This document shows, piece by piece, positions 52,211 to 64,000 of a stretch of 64,000 bases of DNA. Every line of letters starts with the position of its first letter. Positions within the stretch are counted from its first letter, which is position 1. Made by a program: the position numbers and the translations under genes. Origin of the DNA: Octopus sinensis (Eukaryota); NCBI RefSeq assembly GCF_006345805.1, contig NC_043006.1, positions 5,704,001 to 5,768,000 of the forward strand. Direction: 5' to 3'. The notes beneath the pieces are model-generated. The model was not told the DNA's origin. It searched no databases and saw only the letters and a program-made list of their open reading frames with translations.

Positions 52211-53370
52211 AATTAATGCAGTACCAGGCAGTGGCTCTCGTGGCTTCTGATCCTAACTGATTGGAAGTGTTATCATGTGCATTGTTTTGTCTTGGTACAA
52301 AAGATGGGCTACAGCAAATATTCAGCTCAATACCACAGATTTGCTTGTCAGTTGTTTGACCATAACCAATTGAGCATGTCCCTTAGTGTCTGACGATATG
52401 TGCATCTCTGATCACGAGCAGAAGTAGTGGGGGAGCATCATAGCCATGTGTTGAGAGGGATTCTGTGGGGTTTGAATAATTCACCTCTGGAAACCTGGGT
52501 GTTTCGTTCAACATCCTTCAACAACCCTTTTTCAGGGACCTTTTGAGTGGGATGGTTACTCGACCAGAAGAAAATTCTAACTGGGCCCCACCTGCAAGGT
52601 CATGTGCTGTTTATCTTGATATGAGATCACCATGTCGTGCACATATGGTTGTGATGCATGTGCCTAATGTATCAGATAGGTTGTCATGATGGTATACTGG
52701 GCTTCATATATTTTACCCCAGTGTCACTTTGATGGCATGCGCTGCTCTCTCACTCAATAATAATAATAATAATAATATAATAATAATAGTAATAATAATA
52801 ATTAATGCAGTACCAGGCAGTGGCTCTCGTGGCTTCTGATCCTAACTGATTGGAAGTGTTATCATGTGCATTGTTTTGTCTTGGTACAAAAGATGGGCTA
52901 CAGCAAATATTCAGCTCAATACCACAGATTTGCTTGTCAGTTGTTTGACCATAACCAATTGAGCATGTCCCTTAGTGTCTGACGATATGTGCATCTCTGA
53001 TCACGAGCAGAAGTAGTGGGGGAGCATCATAGCCATGTGTTGAGAGGGATTCTGTGGGGTTTGAATAATTCACCTCTGGAAACCTGGGTGTTTCGTTCAA
53101 CATCCTTCAACAACCCTTTTTCAGGGACCTTTTGAGTGGGATGGGTTACTCGACCAGAAGAAAATTCTAACTGGGCCCCACCTGCAAGGTCATGTGCTGT
53201 TTATCTTGATATGAGATCACCATGTCGTGCACATATGGTTGTGATGCATGTGCCTAATGTATCAGATAGGTTGTCATGATGGGTATACTGGGCTTCATAT
53301 ATTTTACCCCAGTGTCACTTTGATGGCATGCGCTGCTCTCTCACTCAATAATAATAATAATAATAATAAA
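52211..53370. repeat. Near-identical tandem duplication of a 545-bp element bounded by (AAT)n
   Basis: Copies at about 52211-52757 and 52800-53347; the differences I could see are single-G indels. Confidence 0.93.
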
Positions 53371-53497
53371 AATAACATTTTGAAGAATAATTCACTGCTA
53401 ATCACTTTATAATATGAAACATTGATCTCAAGAGATTGAATATTTTGAAATAGAAAGCAAATATTTGGAATATTTTTTTTGCATATCTCTTATTTAG

Positions 53498-53643
53498 TTG
53501 TCACCAGCAGATAAAGGCATGGAACATGGCCGAGATTTTCGGATAAAACATTATGCAGGAGATGTGACATACAATGTCAATGGATTTTTGGATAAAAATA
53601 AAGACACTCTCTACCAAGATATTAAAAGAATGCTTTTTAATAG
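53498..53643 (+). CDS. MYO1D: MYO1D-like exon (146 nt)
   Basis: tttag|...AG|gtaac; [48 protein letters not shown](S); HYAGDV motif. Confidence 0.96.
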
Positions 53644-53813
53644 GTAACTCCTTTTGTTTGAGAAACTGCATGTCCCTTGTCTGTGACTTTTAAACAACTA
53701 CCACTGTAGTTCTTCACATATTCATTTTACGTATTTGCTTAAAAGATTGTAATTAACCTTACGATCTAATCTAAATTATGTTTTCATCTAATTTTGTTTT
53801 ATAATAAAAATTA

Positions 53814-53839
53814 TCTCCATATATATATAAACGGCAAAA

Positions 53840-53886
<47 letters not shown>

Positions 53887-54217
53887 ATATCCTTTATACA
53901 AATCCACAATTTTTCAGTTAGAGGGCTTGCACTTTCTATGGTCATTCAAAACCGTCCAAGGGTGGTCGTGCACATCTTTACATTACCCCAGTCACCCCGC
54001 AAAGCCATTAAAAAAATCAATAGAAGTGACTCTTTTTGTGAATTTTCTATCCAAAACCCAATCAAAATGCTCGAAACTTGATACGCCAATTGAATGCCAG
54101 CTAGGTGTATGTGATTGGTCGGAGATTTGGACAGTACTCGCATGTATGTGCACATGCACGCAGCTGTATATGTATGCACTAGCACTATGACCCGGCAACG
54201 CCGGGTCATAGTGCCAG
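53814..54217 (+). mobile_element. Non-autonomous Helitron, subfamily C with internal (TG)n
   Basis: 5' TC; long 3' hairpin GCACTATGACCCGGCAACGCCGGGTCATAGTGC then CAG|t. Confidence 0.7.
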
Positions 54218-54904
54218 TAAGCTATAAAGGATTAATTTTCTGGGGTCCTAAATTTTAAATAGGTAAGTCAAAAGTTGACCTTTTAGCTCCTAGCTTCTAG
54301 AAATAATTCCTGACTCCTTCTTTTATTCCATACTGTAATAATCCCTTAAAGGATGATCAAGCTTTACTTTTACTCTTCAAAGACCTGGTTTATGATTTAC
54401 ATTCCTGTTTCTCTTTAGAATACTGAAATATTTCACACTACTATTATGGAGAAGGGGAATTGTTGTTTTAAATACTCCTTTATTCTATTTACATGACTTA
54501 GAGTTCCTCAGTTGATTTTTTTTTTCTTTTTTTTTCTTATAGAAATTTTGTGAATAAAAATTAATTCAAAATCCCTATAACCTTTATCCACCCCTTATCC
54601 ATCATATTCTCCCCTCCATCTTCTCTAGAATTGGTGTCTTGATAAAATTGTCAGAGGCATGACAACTTCCTTTTTGTGGATTTCCAATTTTGTATTTATT
54701 CACAAAATGTTTAAATGTGAAAGACTCAACTGAGGAGTGATAGAAGTAAAATATTATTCTAGTTGTGGTTTGATAACTTATTAGTAAATGAATATCATTT
54801 AAAAAAATTGGTTTGTATAAATGAAGCAGGGATGTATGATATTTGCTTTAGTCTATGTCTGTGCGTCCTATTCATCTTTGTACAAGTCAACATTCACTAT
54901 ATAC

Positions 54905-55197
54905 ATCATCATCATCGTTTAACGTCCGTTCTCCATGCTAGCATGGGTTGGACGGTTCGACCGGGGATCTGGGAAGCCAGAAGGCTGCACCAGGCTCCGG
55001 TCTTATCTGGCAATGTTTCTACAGCTGGATGCCCTTCCTAACACCAACCACTCCGTGAGTGTAGTGGGTGCTTTTTACGTGCCACCTGCACTGGTGCCAG
55101 GCGAGGCTGGCATCGGCCATGGTCGGATTGGTGCATTTTACGTGCCACCTGCACGGAAGCCAGTCGAGGCGGCACTGGCTTCGGCCACGATTCGGAC
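54905..55197 (-). mobile_element. Family 1 copy
   Basis: Near-identical to 16897-17207. Confidence 0.85.
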
Positions 55198-55341
55198 GAA
55201 TATAGAATTTTGTCTCACATGCTTTCTTCTAAGTTACACTTCAAATGACACATTTTATTCATCTTTCTGAAACCACCAAAAGAAAATTTAATAAAAAAAA
55301 CTAATTAACAGTAACAAGGTATTTTATTCTTTCTTTTTCAG

Positions 55342-55396
55342 CAAAGACGAATTACTAAAACTTATGTGGCCAGATGGCAGCCTTAAAATATCTGAG
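55342..55396 (+). CDS. MYO1D: MYO1D-like exon (55 nt), loop 2 region
   Basis: tttcag|...GAG|gtaag; (S)KDELLKLMWPDGSLKISE; MWP(D/E)G is typical of MYO1D/G as recalled. Confidence 0.92.
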
Positions 55397-55908
55397 GTAA
55401 GTATAATTCCTTACATGGACTCTAGATGTTGTCTTACAGTCACTTTAAAACAAGGGACATAGAAAAACTCTCTAGAATATCGGTAATTGATTCTGGAAGT
55501 TACTCTTTAAAACTGACATCAGGAGATACTCTGATGCTCCATTCAGTACAGAATACAGAGGTTACTCTCCAAAACACAACAGGAACCAAAGAAATTAAAT
55601 GATCTAAAATTTTGCTAACATCATTACTGGAAATTATACTCTGATATAATATCTTTATATTAACATTAAGATTCTCCATGACAAATTTTCAGGAAATAGG
55701 TTTTTGTGTCTTTCTCTCAATATGATAGACTAAACAGCTTTCTCTGATACTTTTAATGTAGAAATACATTAAACATGATACACATATTATTTAATATATA
55801 TATAAAAAAATAAACAAATATCCAAATACCCATATACATATATACACACATATACATCCATAAGCACAGTATATATACTATTTCCATAACCCCTATCTTA
55901 CTTTGTAC

Positions 55909-55941
<33 letters not shown>

Positions 55942-56137
55942 TATATATATATTATATATATATATATATGTATATATATTTATTTATTTATTTACTTATA
56001 AAAAAGAAGTTTGAAAACGCCACTATATAAGATAAATTTTAATTTTCTTAGAGATTTTACATGTTTTGGTTCTTCTTAAAAAAACGAACCTTATCAAAAA
56101 TATTTTAAAAAGTTAAGTGTAATAAAAAAGTTCATAG

Positions 56138-56499
56138 GCGCAGGAGTGGCTGTGTGGTAAGTAGCTTGCTTACCAACCACATGGTTCCGGGTTCAGTCCC
56201 ACTGCGTGGCATCTTGGGCAAGTGTCTTCTGCTATAGCCCCGTGAGTGGATTTGGTAGACGGAAACTGAAATAAGCCTGTCGTATATATGTGTGTTTGTG
56301 TGTTCCCTAGCATTGCTTGACAACCGATGCTGGTGTGTTTACGTCCCCGTCACTTAGCGGTTCAGCAAAAAGAGAATGATAGAATAAGTACTGGGCTTAC
56401 AAAAAGAATAAGTCCTGGGGTCAAGTTGCTCGACTAAAGGCGGTGCTCCAGCATGGCCGCAGTCAAATGACTGAAACAAGTAAAAGAGTAAAAAGAGTA
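56138..56499 (+). mobile_element. Family 2 SINE nested in an inverted repeat
   Basis: GGCGCAGGAGTGGCTGTGTGG head through AGTAAAAG tail. Confidence 0.85.
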
Positions 56500-56669
56500 A
56501 TTGCTTCTTACTGCTATTTTGGCTGCTGATCATTTTCCCAATTACAGCCAATGAATCTAGTCAATGCACAAGACAGCCGTTATGCTCCCCACCACAAAAC
56601 ACCACCATGTGGACTCTGTTGAGACTAGTAAGAAACAATTATGAACTTTTTTATTACACTTTTAAAAAT

Positions 56670-56717
56670 ATTTTTGATAAGGTTCGTTTTTTCAAAAAGA
56701 ACCGAAACACGTAAAAT
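56670..56717 (+). ncRNA. Minimal hammerhead-like motif, U3-A8 core (inverted copy at 56054-56101)
   Basis: AUUU-UUGAUAA-GGUUC...GAACC-GAAA-cacg-UA-AAAU; the inverted copy has a palindromic CAUG loop but GAAA changed to AAAA. Confidence 0.65.
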
Positions 56718-56808
56718 CTCTCAGAAAATTTAAATTTATATTATTTAGTGGCGTTTTCAAACTTCTTTTTTATAAATATATACCCACTCGTATGCCACCT
56801 ACACTTAT

Positions 56809-56853
<45 letters not shown>

Positions 56854-56933
56854 TTACACACACACACACACACACACACAATAATACTAACGGTGTATAC
56901 AGCACTAGTTTTATATTTACTTTTTGGTTTCAG

Positions 56934-57011
56934 ACCACAAAACGTCCCCCGACTGCTGGTACCAACTTCAAAAACTCAATAATTGCACTTGTAGCCAATT
57001 TGGCAAGCAAA
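56934..57011 (+). CDS. MYO1D: MYO1D-like exon (78 nt)
   Basis: tttcag|...AAA|gtaag; TTKRPPTAGTNFKNSIIALVANLASK. Confidence 0.95.
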
Positions 57012-57257
57012 GTAAGTCCTGTTATTTTGCTCATATAATATATATAAATAAACCCTTACTTTTATTTACTTTAAAGATTTTCTTCTCAATAGCCAAATGC
57101 TTCTCAATGAACAGTTTCCAATCTCTTGGAGTATTTCTTTATTCATTTCTCACTTTTTTAAATCATTAAGCTATTAGGGTTGTATGATACTTTAATCAAT
57201 TGGTTTTTAAGGAAATCTCAAGAACAGAACTGCCACTTTTCATTTGTCTGTCTGTCT

Positions 57258-57294
<37 letters not shown>

Positions 57295-57439
57295 TGGATG
57301 AAGAGATAGATAGAGAGAGATATATATATAGATGGAGAGATAGAGAGAGAGATATATATAGATGGAGAGATAGATATATATATATATAGAGAGAGAGAGA
57401 GAGTAATTGATTTATTTATTGATTGAGTCTAGTGGTGAT

Positions 57440-57945
57440 TATGAATGTACAGCAGCTCAGAAAATTCACTCTGATCTTTCTAAGAAAAGAACTCCTGAAT
57501 TTGTTGGTCAGATCTCCAGGCCATGATTGACAACGGTCCCTCCAAGTCAATCAGGTCTATCGCCAGGGACATAGAAGTGTCTGATTTTCTTATCAGGCAG
57601 GCAGTGCATGAAGGCATTCGGTATTCCTCATACAAGATGAGAAAAAGCCAATTTTTATCCCAAGCCATTGAGGACAAGAGGAAAGACCTCGCTACAAAGC
57701 CTTTTGAACAAACCAAAGCATCCCCTCCAACTCAACATCCTTTGGTTTTTCTCAGATGAGGAGAATTTCTGCCAGTATCATATGAACACACAGAACAACT
57801 GTTCGCTTGCTGTGTCCCCAGAACATATACCGAGAGGATAAAAATCAATCATCCAGTCAACATCATGGCATTTGGAGTGATCACTAGTGATGGCGATGTT
57901 GTGCTTCCATCTTCCCACATGGTCTCACACTCAACACAGATTTTA
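57440..57945 (+). mobile_element. Tc1/mariner-superfamily transposase remnant (HTH to first Asp)
   Basis: MIDNGPSKSIRSIARDIEVSDFLIRQAVHEGIRYSSYK, then after a frameshift ILWFFSDEENF. Confidence 0.75.
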
Positions 57946-58214
57946 TTCCAAGTTGCTTTTCCTATTTTCTCCTCAAAGGTTTTGGGCTCTCTACCTAATT
58001 TTTAACCTTTTTAATGAAATTATATCAATGGGATTGAGTATCACTGATGAGGTCATAGGATGTGTGATGAGAGTTTAGACAAAGACAAAATAATAAAAAT
58101 AAAACTGAAGTGTTTAATTGGCAAAATATGACCACCCCCAAATATAAACATTATCAGTTTTAACCTGATTTCACATCAGGAATCTTGCAAAACAAATACA
58201 TAAATACATCAATG

Positions 58215-59021
58215 GCCTTACTGTCTTATATTGGCAGACTGACAACTGAAACTGGCTGTGGACAAGTGTACCACCATGCATTTTGGGAGAAAAAACCCTG
58301 CGTCCACATACTCCCTCCACAACACTGATATCAAGAAATCCTCTTGCGAGCGTGACCTAGGCATCACTGTCAGCAGTGATTTGCGTTGGACAAAGTATAT
58401 CTCTAAAATTGTCAAGAAGGCCGAGAGTGTCTTGGCATCACTCAGCAAGACTTTTGTTAGCCGCTCTCCAGCCATCTATTTAAAACTGTATACAGCTATG
58501 GTACGACCACACTTGGAATTCGCATCATCAGTTTTGAACCCCTATCTTGCTCAGAACATTGACCTCCTGGAATCTGTCCAGAGACGTGCAACCAAACGCA
58601 TACCCTCCATCAGACACCTACCATATTCTGAGCGCCTTGTTTCCCTGGGCATGGATTCACTGAAGCTCCGGTTCATGGCGACGGACTTGGTAAACACCCA
58701 CAAAGTTATCAACCACCTCACCAACAACAACACTGAACACCTTTTTGATCTCCATGTGTCTAACACATGTGGACATCCCTACAAAGTCAGAAAACAGCAC
58801 AGCTCCCATGACTTTCGGAAACATTTTTTCACGCTCAGAGTTGCTGAAGCATGGAACAAACTGCCTGCGTCAGTTGTTAACTGCCATGACACTGCATCCT
58901 TTAAGGCCCTCATGCTTTCCGAAATCCGCCGAAACTACACCTGATTATATATACACTTTAGATGAGTTGTAGTGCACCTGAGCACTGTACACAATTATTA
59001 TTATTATTATTATTATTATTA
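58215..59021 (+). mobile_element. CR1-type LINE 3' fragment (228-aa ORF2 C-terminus) with (ATT)n tail
   Basis: KCTTMHFGRKN...ERDLGITVSSDLRW...LYTAMVRPHLEF...RVAEAWNKLP. Confidence 0.92.
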
Positions 59022-59130
59022 TGTTGCAGTTTTAATATTAAAGTATTTCATTTTGCTTATTTTCTTTGCCTTGACATTTAGAGTATAATTAATTTTCTGT
59101 TTTTGTCAACATAATACCAATAATAATAAT

Positions 59131-59285
59131 CATCATCATCATCATCATTTAGCGTCCACTTTCCATGCTAGCATGGGTTGGACGGTTCAACAGGGGTCTG
59201 TGAAGCCAGAAGGCTGCATCAGGCCCAGTCTGATCTGGCAGTGTTTCTACAGCTGGATGCCCTTCCTAACGCCAACCACTCCGTA
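59131..59285 (-). mobile_element. Family 1 copy, short
   Basis: Conserved block only. Confidence 0.8.
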
Positions 59286-59591
59286 ATAATGCTAATAATA
59301 ATTCTTTCTACTATAGGCACAAAGGCCTTAAGTTTTGGGGGAGGGGACTAGTTAATTACATCGATCCCACTGTCCAACCGGTGCTTCTTTCATCGATCCC
59401 AAAAAAGGATGAAAGGTAAAATTGACCTTGGCAGAATTTGAACTCAGAACCTAAGGATGGATGAAATGTTGTTAGGCATTTTGCCTGGAATGCTAATGAT
59501 TAAGCCAACTTGCCACATAGATAGGATGGTTTGGCAGGGAACTAGCAAGTTGCAGGGCTGCATCAAGCTCCAGTGTCATCTTTGGCAAAAA

Positions 59592-59982
59592 TCTATATAT
59601 ATAAAGATGTAGTTGTCTGTGTATGGCAGGTTTGGTAGCCTTCAACTAACACTACCTCCTCCGAGACCTTGTGGTGCAAGTTGACCTAAATTGAGAGTAT
59701 GATAGAAGAAGGCTTGCTCTTCCTTCCATAGAAGATAAAATTCAAATCGGACCATGTTAACACCAAAAATTATTTACATCAAAAAGGTGCTTTTTTTTCT
59801 ATGAAAATCCCTATTTTTTACGATTTTTTTACTTCTGTGTCACCATTTTTCAGTGTATTTCAACCAGAAAAATGTTCACTTAATGAGAATAACAAGCTAC
59901 ATAATACAAAATTTTTGCTTTCCAAAAATTCCAATTCTAAAGGGTTGAAACAAACCCGAGCAACACCGGGCGATATTGCTAG
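59592..59982 (+). mobile_element. Non-autonomous Helitron, subfamily A
   Basis: a|TCTATATAT...CCCGAGCAACACCGGGCGATATTGCTAG|t. Confidence 0.8.
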
Positions 59983-60259
59983 TTGATTAATATTTGAAGC
60001 ATGATGGTCGTGTCCTGTTTATCTCTTGAAATTTGAATATTGGTCACGAAATATGTTGTGTTTTTTACTAATTTACTACAATAAGGGTGTAGAATCAAAC
60101 AACATTTATAAACAAGTAAATTTTGAGACTGAAAAAATTCTGACACTATAATTTTACTAACCAAATCTTCCATGACGCCCACCTTTCCCCCCCCCCCCCC
60201 CACGTAGTTTGTTTTACTTTGAAGTTCTTCTAATTGGTTGTGCTCCCTTTCTGCTGTAG

Positions 60260-60426
60260 GAACCCCATTATGTGCGATGCATCAAGCCAAATGATATCAA
60301 ATCTCCCGTACACTTTGACGATGAAAGAATCCGTCATCAAGTGATGTATCTTGGATTAATGGAAAATGTCAGAGTCCGCAGAGCTGGTTTTGCCTTTAGA
60401 TCAACATATACCAGATTTCTTAGTAG
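60260..60426 (+). CDS. MYO1D: MYO1D-like exon (167 nt), SH1/SH2 region
   Basis: tgtag|...AG|gtgag; [55 protein letters not shown](R); [14 protein letters not shown] is a class I signature. Confidence 0.97.
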
Positions 60427-60802
60427 GTGAGTTTAATAAACATGTTCATATAAAACTTATTGCCCATCCCAATGTCATCACATCACATCACCTCCCCAAT
60501 TGGAGATGAGCATCGTTTTTGGAAACTAAATGCACATTCAGAGTCAAATATGTTTATTAATGGGACAGAAAATATATATTAGAAATATTAAATTTCTAAA
60601 TATCTCAGAGAGATATGAGTGGTGGTGGAATGATAGAGCAGTTGTATACTGTCAACTTAACGTGACAGTCCCACAAAGGGAATCACACCACCGCTGTTTA
60701 GCCCTAGGAAGCATCGACACTTCCTGTCGGCTTTGACACATTTCCTGTGTCCTTATGTTTACAAAGGGGAGACAAGCATCCCCATCCAGCTAAGCATGCA
60801 TC

Positions 60803-60844
60803 CAGAGACCTGCATGTTTCTGACTCTTGCTCATCATCAGTCTG
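60803..60844 (-). ncRNA. Minimal hammerhead-like motif, canonical core with GUC triplet
   Basis: CAGA-CUGAUGA-UGA gcaagag UCA-GAAA-C augcag-GUC-UCUG. Confidence 0.55.
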
Positions 60845-60994
60845 CTGTAGCATGGCCTGCTAGCTGAAGATGCTTGTAAAGCCTTCGTAAACATAATATA
60901 TTTTCAGAAAATACATAAAATTAATTAAAACCAAACATTTAATTAGAAGTAAAAAAAAAATAAGTGTATAATCACCAAGTTGTATTTGCTGTAT

Positions 60995-61288
60995 ATCACG
61001 TGATCACGTGACCGACCAGACCATCAGATGTTGTTACACATCACTGGTCACAATGCGTTCGCATTGTTTTAGCCTTCGAATGACGCCACCCCGCTGGCTA
61101 AGCGAGCAGGCCAACAGAAGAAAGAGTGGTGAAAGAGTACAGCAGGGATCACCAACCCCTGCCGGAGCCTCGTGGAGCTTTTAGGTGTTTTCGCTCAATA
61201 AACACTCACAACGCCCGGTCTGGGAATCGAAACCGCGATCCTACGACCGCGAGTCTGCTGCCCTAACCACTGGGCCATTGCGCCTCCA
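60995..61288 (-). mobile_element. Family 4 SINE, CpG-rich and probably young
   Basis: Intact tRNA-like head; flanking repeat TGCTGTATAT. Confidence 0.85.
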
Positions 61289-61471
61289 TATATGCTGTAT
61301 ATATAGGTCTGAAAATGTAGCACTCCTATCTGAAGCACCCTTTGAGTTGCGATAAATGTTCAATAGCATGTTCTTGGTAATAATGTACATACACATGACT
61401 GTGTTCTCACTAACTTCTCAATAACACTAATGCTACTTTTATGCACTCTCATATTATAAACTAATATATAT

Positions 61472-62010
61472 CATCATCATCGTCGTTTAATGTCCACCTT
61501 CCATGCAAGGATGGGTTAGACGTATGACTGAGGGTTGGCGAACCAGATGGCTGCACCAGGCTTCAATCTTGATCTGGCAGAGTTTCTACAGCTGGATGCC
61601 CTTCCTAACGCCAACCACTCCGTGAGTGTAGTGGGTGCTTTTTACATGCCACTGGCATGGGGGCCAGTCAGGTGGTACTCGCAACAACCTCACTCGAATC
61701 TTTTTACACATGCCACTAGCACAGGTGCCAGTAAGGTGACATTGGTAATGATCCCGCTCAAATGATGCCTCTTACATGCCACCAGCATGGAAGCCAGTAG
61801 GCTGCTCTGACAACAATCATGCCCAGATGGTGCTCTTAGCACCCTACTAGCACAGGGCTCAAGTGCCAATAAGGCAAAGCTGGTAACGATCACCCTTTAA
61901 TTGTTGCCTTTTATGTGCCATTGGCACAGAAGCCGGTTAGCTGCTCAGTCAACGATCATGCTCGTATGGTGCTCGTGCCCATCATTGGATTTCACTTTGA
62001 TTTTGATTTC
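61472..62010 (-). mobile_element. Family 1 copy with a long unit array
   Basis: Same subfamily as 8004-8416. Confidence 0.82.
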
Positions 62011-62106
62011 AATTTTATATGAATTGTAAATTGAAGTTGAAGATTTACTCACTATAGCTAAATTTATTAAATCATTATTTCATGATTGTTGTTGATATAT
62101 TGGAAC

Positions 62107-62142
<36 letters not shown>

Positions 62143-62209
62143 TGACTGCTTATCTTTAAATGATACAAAATATCACAGTTTCTTTGACTAAATTTCCTCT
62201 ATCTTCCAG

Positions 62210-62414
62210 ATATAAATGTATTTGCTCAGCAACCTGGCCCAACTATAATGGTGCAGTGAAACAAGGGGTTAAGGAAATCGTTACAGAACATAATTTCAGT
62301 CCAGAAGTGGAATATGGCAAAACAAAGATTTTTATACGTTCACCCAAAATACTTTTCTATTTAGAGGAATCAAGAGAGAAAGTTATACCGTCTCTGGTCC
62401 TCATTCTTCAGAAG
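62210..62414 (+). CDS. MYO1D: MYO1D-like exon (205 nt), converter and start of IQ neck
   Basis: tccag|...AAG|gtaaat; (R)YKCICSATWPNYNGAVKQGVKEIVTEHNFSPEVEYGKTKIFIRSPKILFYLEESREKVIPSLVLILQK. Confidence 0.96.
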
Positions 62415-62590
62415 GTAAATCATTATTAATCTCTCCCTAACAATGTTTTCTGTTTTCCAAGATACTTTTACAGAGTGATGCAGTTTTATTCTCTTACATT
62501 TGAAACATTATCACTGCAACAATGATATCAGATTATAGAATGGTTTGGCGTCAGCCTGTATTATTATTCCTTCATAACTATTATTATTTC

Positions 62591-62858
62591 ATGTAAAGTA
62601 TAGAAGCCATCTTAACATGGCTAACCACATAGGGGGAGAAGGTGTTACTGTAGCTTTATAGCCCCAGAAGATCGTCGTCTCCAGCTGGCCTTAGACACCA
62701 TTTCAGTGCCCTTGAAATGCTTCTGCAAATACTTCAAGGGCACTGAAATGGTGTCTAAAGCCAGCTGGAGACAACGATCTCCTGGGGCTATAAAGCAACA
62801 GTAACACCCCCTCCCCCTATGTGGTTAGCCATGTTAAGATGGCTTCTATACTTTACAT
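62591..62858. repeat. Long palindrome, arms about 126 bp, 16-nt loop
   Basis: ATGTAAAGTATAGAAGCC...CTTGAA / TTCAAG...GGCTTCTATACTTTACAT. Confidence 0.92.
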
Positions 62859-62974
62859 TATCGAGCGATTACTGTTTCAATCTCATTCTGAGATTTAATA
62901 ATGCCTATTATTATTTCTGTATATCATTATTATTATTACTGTATAACAGTAATAATATCAAACTGTATATGTAA

Positions 62975-63303
62975 CATCATCATCATCATCATTGTTTAAC
63001 ATCCGCTTTCCATGCTAGCATGGGTTGGACGATTTGACTGAGGTCTGGCGAATCAGACTCCAATCTGATCTGGCAGAGTTTCTACAGCTGGATGCCCTTC
63101 CTAACGCCAACCACTCTGAGAGTGTAGTGGGTGCTTTTATGTGCCACCGGCATGAGGGCCAGTTAGGTGGTACTGGCAACGACCTCGCTCAAATGGTCCT
63201 TTTTACGTGCCACCTGCACAGGAGCCAGTCCAGCGGCACTCGCAACGACCTCGCTCGAATGTTTTTTTTACACGTGCCACCAGCACAAGTGCCAGTAAGG
63301 TGC
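62975..63303 (-). mobile_element. Family 1 copy
   Basis: Same subfamily as 88-415. Confidence 0.82.
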
Positions 63304-63589
63304 CAACTGTAAAACAGCAATGATATCAGATTGTACAATAACTCAGTCAAGCAACATGGCAATGTGAGTTCTTGTAACAGTATCCTAGTCAAACTAGGAG
63401 AAATGTTTGTAAGAATTAGACTTAGAGAAGCAATTGGTCAGTTTATGTGAGGTATGTATTTTATCTTGGTCCAGTAGACCAGCAAAATGTTCTGCTTATT
63501 TCAAGTTAGTTCTGTCCATTTGCCACTCAGCTATGCATTTTCCAGACTGATTTGTTCTATTGACAGGTATATTGTGGGAATAATATAAT

Positions 63590-64000
63590 ATATAATGAAA
63601 TTATTGTATACAGTGCTCAGGTGCACCACAACTTGTCAGAAATGTGTATAAAGCATATGCAGTAATGTACAAATGTCTGGAAAGCGAACAGTGTATGAGT
63701 CAGATACATGCTTGCTTGTGTGTATGGAGGGGAGAAAATCAGGTGTAGTGTTGGCGAATGTCAGGAAGCATGGAAGTTTTGAAGGATGCCGTGCTCCGTA
63801 AGTAACAACTGATGCCGGCAGTTTGTTCCATACTTCAGAAACTCTTAGCATGAAAAAATGTTTCCAAAACTCATGGGAGCTGTGCTGTTTTCTGACTTTG
63901 TAAACATATAATAATAATAATAATGAAATTATTGTATAAAGTGCTCAGGTGCACCACAACTTGTCAAAAGTGCGTATAAAGCATATGCAGTAATGTACAA
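63590..64000 (-). mobile_element. Two tandem CR1-type LINE 3' ends; the second runs off the window
   Basis: RVSEVWNKLPASVV; ATGAAATTATTGTAT(A/C)AGTGCTCAGGTGCACCACAAC-type end at about 63595 and 63923. Confidence 0.85.

Larger units (their letters stand above)
55995..56777. repeat. Inverted repeat (arms about 150 bp) between (TA)n tracts, with a nested SINE; each arm has a hammerhead-like motif
   Basis: AAAAAAGAAGTTTGAAAACGCCACT ... AGTGGCGTTTTCAAACTTCTTTTTT. Confidence 0.85.

Noticed and set aside
53498-53510. Alternative CAG acceptors 10 and 13 nt into the exon, and a TAG 4 nt into exon 45729
   Set aside because: All would shift the frame, and nothing in the sequence indicates they are used.
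61215-61288. Possible tRNA-Arg gene (also at 40910-40983 and 5995-6070)
   Set aside because: The acceptor stem does not close properly and the sequence continues into a SINE body with flanking repeats, so it is a SINE head.

Overview
This is AT-rich, repeat-dense eukaryotic DNA, not prokaryotic. The SINE repertoire suggests an octopus or other coleoid cephalopod (inference). The window lies inside one + strand gene, a class I myosin of the MYO1D/Myo31DF type. Fourteen GT-AG exons (9809-62414; 1723 nt, 574 codons plus one base) join in a continuous frame from switch I through the converter to the start of the IQ neck. The P-loop exon and the tail are not in the window. The introns hold three tRNA-head SINE families, about 23 copies of an (ATG)n-tailed element that appears to be an RTE-LINE 3' end, CR1 and RTE LINE fragments, non-autonomous Helitrons, TTAA MITEs, Tc1/mariner remnants and a Penelope-like (GIY-YIG) element. 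The main finding is about ten minimal type-I hammerhead-ribozyme-like motifs. Several lie next to the axis of long palindromes, several are in (TA)n tracts, and one is in the terminal repeat of the Penelope element. Their cores covary at the 3-8 base pair (C3-G8, U3-A8, G3-C8). All calls were read by eye with no database search; exon and hammerhead coordinates were counted base by base, and repeat boundaries are approximate.
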